Part shown: positions 52,251-64,000 of the stretch, piece by piece
Position numbering within the stretch: the first letter of the stretch is position 1
How the letters are laid out: each line of letters starts with the position of its first letter
Origin: the human T2T-CHM13v2.0 reference genome, Homo sapiens
Length of the DNA stretch: 64,000 nucleotides
Assembly: GCF_009914755.1 (NCBI RefSeq)
Contig: NC_060925.1
Strand: one strand, 5' to 3'
Program-made: the position numbers and the translations under genes
The notes under the pieces: generated by a model
Told to the model about the DNA's origin: nothing
The model's input: only the letters and a program-made list of their open reading frames with translations
The model's database searches: none

Positions 52251-53789
52251 TTATGTTTTCATACCACTGAAAATGCTTGTATGTAAATATCCTCTGGGAC
52301 AGGAAATTGACTTAAGTGAGTATTCTTAAACATCTCTAAGTGAGGAAAGGAAATATTTTTTAAAGCATAATTAGTGTTTTAAGTTGAAAAATAACATCAA
52401 CCACAAAGCTCTACGAATTGAAACAAAGATTAGCTCTGATTTCTGTGCAACAGGGTACACCTGTTACAGGTCCTGACACAAAAGGGAATTCTGAAAGTGC
52501 ATCTCATTGATTTTTAAGTTCGGTCAAATGTGTTTTGGAGGCTGTGAGAAAATATACAAACGTGATTCTTGCTCCCAACTTGTAGTTGAGAAAAGATAGA
52601 TACTAACATTTAAATAGAGAAGTATATGAGATGCTTTTTTAATTCTACTTTTAATGATGTTCGATAATAATCTTTTAGCTAAGCCATTATTCTTCCTGTT
52701 TTGCATCTTCTTTTCTTACTTCAATCCCTGATAATAAGGTCACGTGTCAGAGATCAAATAGTATAGGTAATAGGTTACCTAAATAGGTATTTGCATAATA
52801 GGTTACCTAACTAAATAGGTTTTTGCCTAATAGGTATGTTGATTATTTCGCTTACTTGATTCTTTATGAGCCTTTTTTTCCTTGCGACGTCTTTGGTATT
52901 AATTGTTAGTCAAGATGGATGTAGAAATTTTCCATATGGGATGTTTCTCTTTGAATTCATGTTGTTAAAATGATTTCTTTTGGTGGAGTGCTGATCTTTT
53001 TTATGATTGTTTCATATAGATAAGAACAGACTACAAAAAAATATGCCTTTCAATCCTGAAGAGTAACCTGAACTATACACTAGTTTTGTGCTTTAATTTT
53101 CATTTGTAATCTGCCTTCAATAAAGAGTTAAGCTAGTGGAATTTATGTCTTAGCTTGTTATAACACAAACACGAATATTTGTCTGCTTGGCATTAAAGGG
53201 TAAAGATATTCCATAGCTGGGAATCTTAATCTGAGGTACGTGTAAACATTCAGGGACTATATGATCTCTGAGAATTTGTATGTTGTAAGTCTTTGTGGCA
53301 GTGTATACATTTGTGTTGCAACTTATTAACACATACACCGGGCTTTTTTTTTTTTTTTTAGAAGATTCATAGCTTTCATCATATTCTCAAAAGGTTTCTG
53401 TGACCCATGAGATGGTTTACAGTATGGGGAAGCATCAAAGCACTTGCACAGTTGATGGTTATATGTGTGTGTTATTATTTCAGCCACCCATTATCATGTG
53501 CTTACCAACTGCCTAACAGTGCATACATATGTAGAAGTTTTATTCTTTTCTCCTGTTGCCATATTATACGTCTCATTTCACAGCAGAAAAACAACTGCAT
53601 GACAGAGACAATGTGGTTCAAACCATTTTACCCTTGTATTCATTGACTGCTACAAAACAGGAACATTAAATACCTGATTGTCACCAAATTGGGTAGTCTC
53701 AGCACTTCTACACTCGTAATTGTGCTGGAAAAGTGGAATGCTAGCACTAATAATTAGATTTTGGTTTGGAGGGTTTTTTATTTGTTTAT

Positions 53790-54245
53790 TCTTACTTGTA
53801 TAAATTTATGGGGTGCAAGTGTAGTTTTATCACATGCATAGATTGCATTGTAGTGAAGTCAGGACTTTTAGGGGGTCCATCACCCATGTAATCACGTTGT
53901 ACCCATTAAGTAATCTTTCATCATCCACCTCCTTCCCACCTTCTCACCCTTTGGAATCTCCATTGTCTATCATTCCACACTCCATGTCCATGTATACACA
54001 TTATCTAGCTCCCATTTATAATTGAGAAGATGTACTATTTGTCTTTTATGTCTGACTTGTTACACTTAAGGTAAGGGCTATCCATCCATTTTGCTGCAAA
54101 TGACATGATTTCATTTTGTTTTAATGGCTGAGTAATCATTCGTTGTATATATACCACATTTTCTTTATTCAGTCATCTGCTGATGGACACTTAGGTTGAT
54201 TCCATATCTTTACTATTGTGAATAGTGCTGTAATAAACACATAGT
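53790..54245 (-). mobile_element. L1MA-like 3' end in GGPS1 intron 1
   Basis: TTTAATGGCTGAGTAATCATTCGTTGTATATATACCACATTTTCTTTATTCAGTCATCTGCTGATGGACACTTAGGTTGATTCCATATC. Confidence 0.8.
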
Positions 54246-55127
54246 GCAAGATTTTGGAAATTTTACTTTTGTGGCACGTTGTTGGTATTTACTCAGGATC
54301 TTTGGATTTGCTTGGCTGCATGTATATGAATCAGTGTGTTTATTTACTGAAATATGTGCAAAAGTCTTGTCTTTGGTGGATTAATTTATAATATAAATCC
54401 ACAAAAGTCAGATTCTGCTCCTAAGTATATTTTACATTTTTAAATTTAATGCCAGCAAGAAGTTACAGTACTAGAATTGCCTTACCCCTGAGAGTATCAA
54501 TGATCAGATCATAGTATCAGGTGACTGGGCTATAGAAGATGACTTTTATTACTTAACATTATGAAGTTACTAGGGCTGATTTAGAAATCGAGGAACACTG
54601 GTGAAACCCCGTCTCTACTAAAATACAAAAATTAGCTGGGCGTGGTGGTGGGCACCTGTAGTCCCAGCTACTCAGAAGGCTGAGTCAGGAGAATTGCTTG
54701 AGCCCAGGAGGCAGAGGTTGCAGTGAGCCGAGATCGTGCCACTGCACTCCAGCCTGGGCGACAGAGTGAGACTCTGTCTCAAAAAAAAAAAAAAAAAAAA
54801 AAAAGGAACACATCCTCACTGTTACAATAAATAACAGTAGCCCACACCCCCTTAGTTGTGATGTGGTGTGATACCATGTAAGCAACCTATTTCCAGTTCC
54901 CCTAACATTCTCAAGCAGCTGTATCAGAATCATACAAGATGCATATTTAAATTGAAGATTTCTAAGTCTCTGGCCCAGACTTAGAAAAAAAGGATCAGGC
55001 CGGGCACAGTAGCTAACACCTGCAATTCCAACACTTTGGGAGGCTGAGGCGGGTGGATCGCCTGAGGTCAGGAGTTTTGAGACCAGCCTGGCCAACATAG
55101 TGAAACCCCATCTCTACTAAAAATTCA

Positions 55128-55355
<228 letters not shown>

Positions 55356-56403
55356 TCAAAAGAAAGTGGCCCTCACTCAAGCAAATATATTCTTGTGCTT
55401 TATCTTCTGGCATACTGAGATAACTTTCTAAAGTGGTTTCCAATTCCAAAATCCAATGATGTGCAACTCATTGAACAGCCCTAACCACAAACTGCCATTA
55501 GATGCCATATTACATTTAGCCTTTTTGTTGTAGAAAAGTTGGTTAGAAGTGGGCTCAGGATTCTAAAGACTAAATCATAGTCCCAAGAAGCAAAAGAAAG
55601 AGGATAAAAGTAATAAACTTCCCAAAATGTGCCAAAGATGCTAGAGCAGTTAGATTCCTAATATGAGGACAAGTAATAATAGAAACAGATACAAAGAAAT
55701 AAAGTAGAGATTCAACAGTACAGGGAGACCCTAGGAAGACCATGAGTGTTATTCTAGGAAATACTGAAATAAGACAGATTTCAGTATAAAGGGGAATATG
55801 TTTAATAAATATATGCATTTGAGTTAATGCGTATTTTAAATCAGAAATCTCTGAAATGGATTGATTGTAGAGAAACTACTAGGGGGACGAGGAGAATCCC
55901 TTTAAATTTTAAATACATAAAACATACTCATCTTAGTGCTCATTTAAAAAAGGATATGTTTACTAATTAGTGTAATCAGTTAAATACAGAGGTATCTTTC
56001 CAATTCTTTGGATGTGTTTTGACATTTGCCGTCAACAAATTAAGCCTTTTGTGGTTGATTAAAATAGGAAAAGCTTAATATAAGTTATGTGACTAAGAAA
56101 ACAACTTAAAAACCAAGACAACACTTTGACCAATATAATCACTTGAATGAAGAATTTTCTAATTGAGATATAATTTACATACCACCCATTTAAAGTGTAC
56201 ATTTCAGCAGTTTTTAGTGTATTCACAGGGCTGTGCAACCATCACAATTTAATTTTATAACATTTTGATCCCTGCGAAAAGAAACCCTGTACTCATTAGC
56301 AATTAGTCCCTGTTCCTAACCACTAATCTACTTTCTTTCTCTGTAGATTGGCTTATTCTGAACATTTCGTATAAATGGAATCATACAATATGTAGTCTCT
56401 TGA

Positions 56404-56826
<423 letters not shown>

Positions 56827-56977
56827 AACAGAATCTTCTTTTTAAACCAGACTAGGTGTCTTTTCACAAACACCCTGCAATACAAATTCCTTTGCAGTTT
56901 GACACTGAAAGATGATTAGTTTCATGTGATCTTTATGTTTCTCCTTTTTGACAGATTAGCTTTGAAGTTTAAATCCA

Positions 56978-57047
56978 ATGGAGAAGACTCAAGAAACAGT
57001 CCAAAGAATTCTTCTAGAACCCTATAAATACTTACTTCAGTTACCAG
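56978..57047 (+). CDS. GGPS1: Geranylgeranyl diphosphate synthase 1, first coding exon (exon 56955-57047 including 23 nt of 5' UTR)
   Basis: Translates MEKTQETVQRILLEPYKYLLQLP+G, the GGPS1 N-terminus. Acceptor tttttgacag ends at 56954 and donor CAG|GTAATA starts at 57048. 70 nt, phase 1. Confidence 0.97.
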
Positions 57048-57886
57048 GTAATACTTCACTTACAGTCCATATAGGGTCATTTTCATGCAGTAGTGGTCGT
57101 TCAAATGTTAGCAAATAGAAAAGGTTAGACTTGCTAGCCGTTGAGATTTTCTATTTAAGGTGATGCGTATGAGAAAAATGATAAATAGAACATTATAATT
57201 TTTTCTTTATTAAAAGGTAATTTTTGCCAGGTGCAGTGATACATACCTGTTGTCCCACCTACTTGGGAGGCTGAGGCAGGAGGATGGCTTGAGCCCAGGA
57301 GTTTAAGGCTATAGTGCACAATGATCACACCTGTGAATAGCCACTACACTCCAGCTTGGGCAACATAGTGAGACCCCGTCTCTTAAAAAGAAACGTAATT
57401 TTTGAAGGCACCCTTTAAAACATATCCAATTATTTAACATATCTTGAAAAATAAAAATACTTAAAACATTTTGGTATCTCATTGGAGGTTGTACTCTTTA
57501 CGGATATTACGCATTCAGATTCCCCACTGTTTAGATATTAGGGGAAGTTACGCAGATTTGTTTAACAGTAGAACACTTTATTTACCATACATGTTCAAGT
57601 TTACCTTCTATGTCTGTATTTTCCAGTATCTCACACATACACTGCATTTCATATACTACTGGTTCCTTTGAGAGCCAAATAATAATGTATCTAAAATCAC
57701 AGTATTTGGAAATATAGCCCACTTTATTCCTGTATAAGGGTATGCCACCTTGGACATGGCTTCCTACCTCACGTGTACGTGTGTGTTTTTGTTTTATTTT
57801 GCTTCTTTAAAAACTTGTCTGGAGGCTGGGCGTGGTGGCTCACGCCTGTAATCCCAGCACTTTTTGAGGCCAAGGCGGGCGGATCA

Positions 57887-58168
<282 letters not shown>

Positions 58169-59339
58169 TTATTGTAATAAAAAATCATTTGTATTAGAAT
58201 ATTCTTTCTCATAGACATAATATAGGCCAGGTGTGGTGGCCCACACCTGTATTCCCAGCACTTTGGGAAGCCAAGGCAGGATTGCTTGAGACCAAAAGTT
58301 TGAGACCACCTTGGGCAACATAACAAGTCCCCCTCTCTGTTTTAAACATTTTTTAAAAAAGAAGAAATAATATAAAAGTTGGTAAATTATTTGACAAGCA
58401 TAAAAACCTATTTAGCCATACTGTGACTAAACTCTAATGATGCTCTCAATTCAGTCTCAATAGACACTTTTAAATTTCCGTGCTAAAGTACACACCTTTC
58501 TTTATGAGCACTTCTCTGTGGTAATATGTGCATTTCTGTTCTTCATGAGCCTGGGAAGGATAAAAGCCAAAAGAATGCTTGCTCCTGTGCTACACCTTGG
58601 AAACCATAATTAGTGTCATTTTTATTTTGGCCGACCCTAATAGAGACTCGCCTGCTAATGTCAATGCATGAGAAGAATGAGGGAATGACAGAAATGGAGA
58701 ATTCAAAGGGAAGGTTGCCCACTGTTTAAGAAAAAGCCAAGAGACTGCTTTTGAGTGACATTTATCCAGCAGTTAGTAACTTATTTCAGTATCTCCCAGT
58801 GAGAAACATGGCACAGTTTCACTTTCACTCTACCCAGCTCTTACTGCCAGACATCCTTTAGAACACGCTCACAAACACTAGCTGGAACTGGGCTGGCATT
58901 AATAGCAAGCCAGTTATCAGTGCTGACAAAAGTCTAACAAGCATCGCTTGAATGTCTCTTACTCTGCTACTTACAAAGCAAGGACTGCCTACAGTTACAT
59001 TTTAACCATAATGCTTACTTATGCTGTGACCACCTTCTGTGACTTCTTTTTTTTTAATTCTCATTACTTGGAAATAATGTTTTAAGACATTAGATAACAT
59101 ATTTAAAATTATCACTAGGTACCTCACCTTTTTATTCAAGTACGTTCTTGATCCATGATGGAATACAACCTCAAAAGATACTACTAAAGAAATATGACAT
59201 TGCACTATGCACATAACACACTTATTTTTTTACAGAGAGCTTCAGAGTTACTAAAGTAACTTAGAGGTGTGCCAGGTCATTTATACTGTTGTAATATTAC
59301 TCTTGCTAATAAATAATAATAATGCTATCAGTATTTTCT

Positions 59340-63087
<3,748 letters not shown>

Positions 63088-63421
63088 TTAGGTCCTAAGT
63101 CCTAAAAGCCCATCCTACTTTAAAATTGTTTATTCAAGTTCAGATGAAAAGAGTGGACTAGTAGGCAACTGAAGTGCTTTAGAGTCTCCCGTGCCTGCCC
63201 TAATTTTAGAAGGTTGTGCACTTTATGATCCAGATTTCTGAGTGGTTGAGAATGAGTTATTGAGCAGTGCAAGGCAAGCTCTGCAGTAGGTAATGGATTG
63301 ATGAGGCTGGATTTAGCAAGTCTGATCAATCTAAAGGAAGTTTCTGAATGTGTTTTTTGTAGTTAAAATACTCATAATTAAAACACTTATCACATTGTCA
63401 CATTTTATTTTTAAATTGCAG

Positions 63422-63492
63422 GTAAACAAGTGAGAACCAAACTTTCACAGGCATTTAATCATTGGCTGAAAGTTCCAGAGGACAAGCTACAG
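63422..63492 (+). CDS. GGPS1: GGPS1 second coding exon (71 nt)
   Basis: Acceptor ttgcag| and donor CAG|GTATTA. Completes GGT, then reads KQVRTKLSQAFNHWLKVPEDKLQ. 70+71=141 nt restores phase 0. Confidence 0.97.
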
Positions 63493-63724
63493 GTATTAGG
63501 CAACTCTAACCTCATTAATCCCCAAGAAATTAATAGCTGTCGCATAAAAATATTCCTAGTTCTTGATTGAATTTAGTCCTCATGCAAGATATTATTTTAT
63601 ATTGAGGTTGCTAAATATTTATTAGTTGTGAAAATTAACACACCTGAGACTTTCATAATCTGTTAATTAAACTGAGTAAGTTTTGAATAGTTCAAATAAG
63701 TGAAATTTTCAATTTTTTTATTAG

Positions 63725-64000
63725 ATTATTATTGAAGTGACAGAAATGTTGCATAATGCCAGTTTACTCATCGATGATATTGAAGACAACTCAAAACTCC
63801 GACGTGGCTTTCCAGTGGCCCACAGCATCTATGGAATCCCATCTGTCATCAATTCTGCCAATTACGTGTATTTCCTTGGCTTGGAGAAAGTCTTAACCCT
63901 TGATCACCCAGATGCAGTGAAGCTTTTTACCCGCCAGCTTTTGGAACTCCATCAGGGACAAGGCCTAGATATTTACTGGAGGGATAATTACACTTGTCCC
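63725..64000 (+). CDS. GGPS1: GGPS1 third coding exon, truncated by the window end; contains the first aspartate-rich motif DDIED (63773-63787) of trans-prenyltransferases
   Basis: Acceptor ttttattag|. Translates [92 protein letters not shown]. Confidence 0.97.
   Translation, partial: MIIEVTEMLHNASLLIDDIEDNSKLRRGFPVAHSIYGIPSVINSANYVYFLGLEKVLTLDHPDAVKLFTRQLLELHQGQGLDIYWRDNYTCP

Overview
Primate (human-like) genomic DNA containing the head-to-head ARID4B (- strand) / GGPS1 (+ strand) locus, recognised from the encoded protein sequences and splice structure. A CpG island at about 48.4-51.1 kb holds ARID4B non-coding exon 1, ARID4B exon 2 (only Met-Lys before the donor), a ~400-bp shared promoter and GGPS1 non-coding exon 1. 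GGPS1 coding exons 2, 3 and the start of exon 4 lie at 56978-64000. Bases 1-48626 are ARID4B intron 2. That intron is very Alu-dense and also carries a full-length SVA with a target-site duplication (TSD), an RPL23A processed pseudogene, old L1/L2/LTR/DNA-transposon relics and several tandem repeats. Nearly all ORFs in the supplied track are Alu, SVA or low-complexity artefacts. I cannot support a new protein-coding system here. The most unusual items are: (1) a perfect 5.3 x 31-bp array of alternating inverted 10-mers inside an Alu; (2) layered translational-control architecture in both leaders, namely GGPS1 uORFs with a TATA/Inr bypass and an ARID4B leader ORF ending in an ATGA overlap; (3) a recursive-splice-like GGPS1 exon 3; (4) an orphan GC-rich insert at 2.2-2.6 kb; (5) a candidate ARID4B poison exon. 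Repeat boundaries and subfamily names are by eye and approximate.
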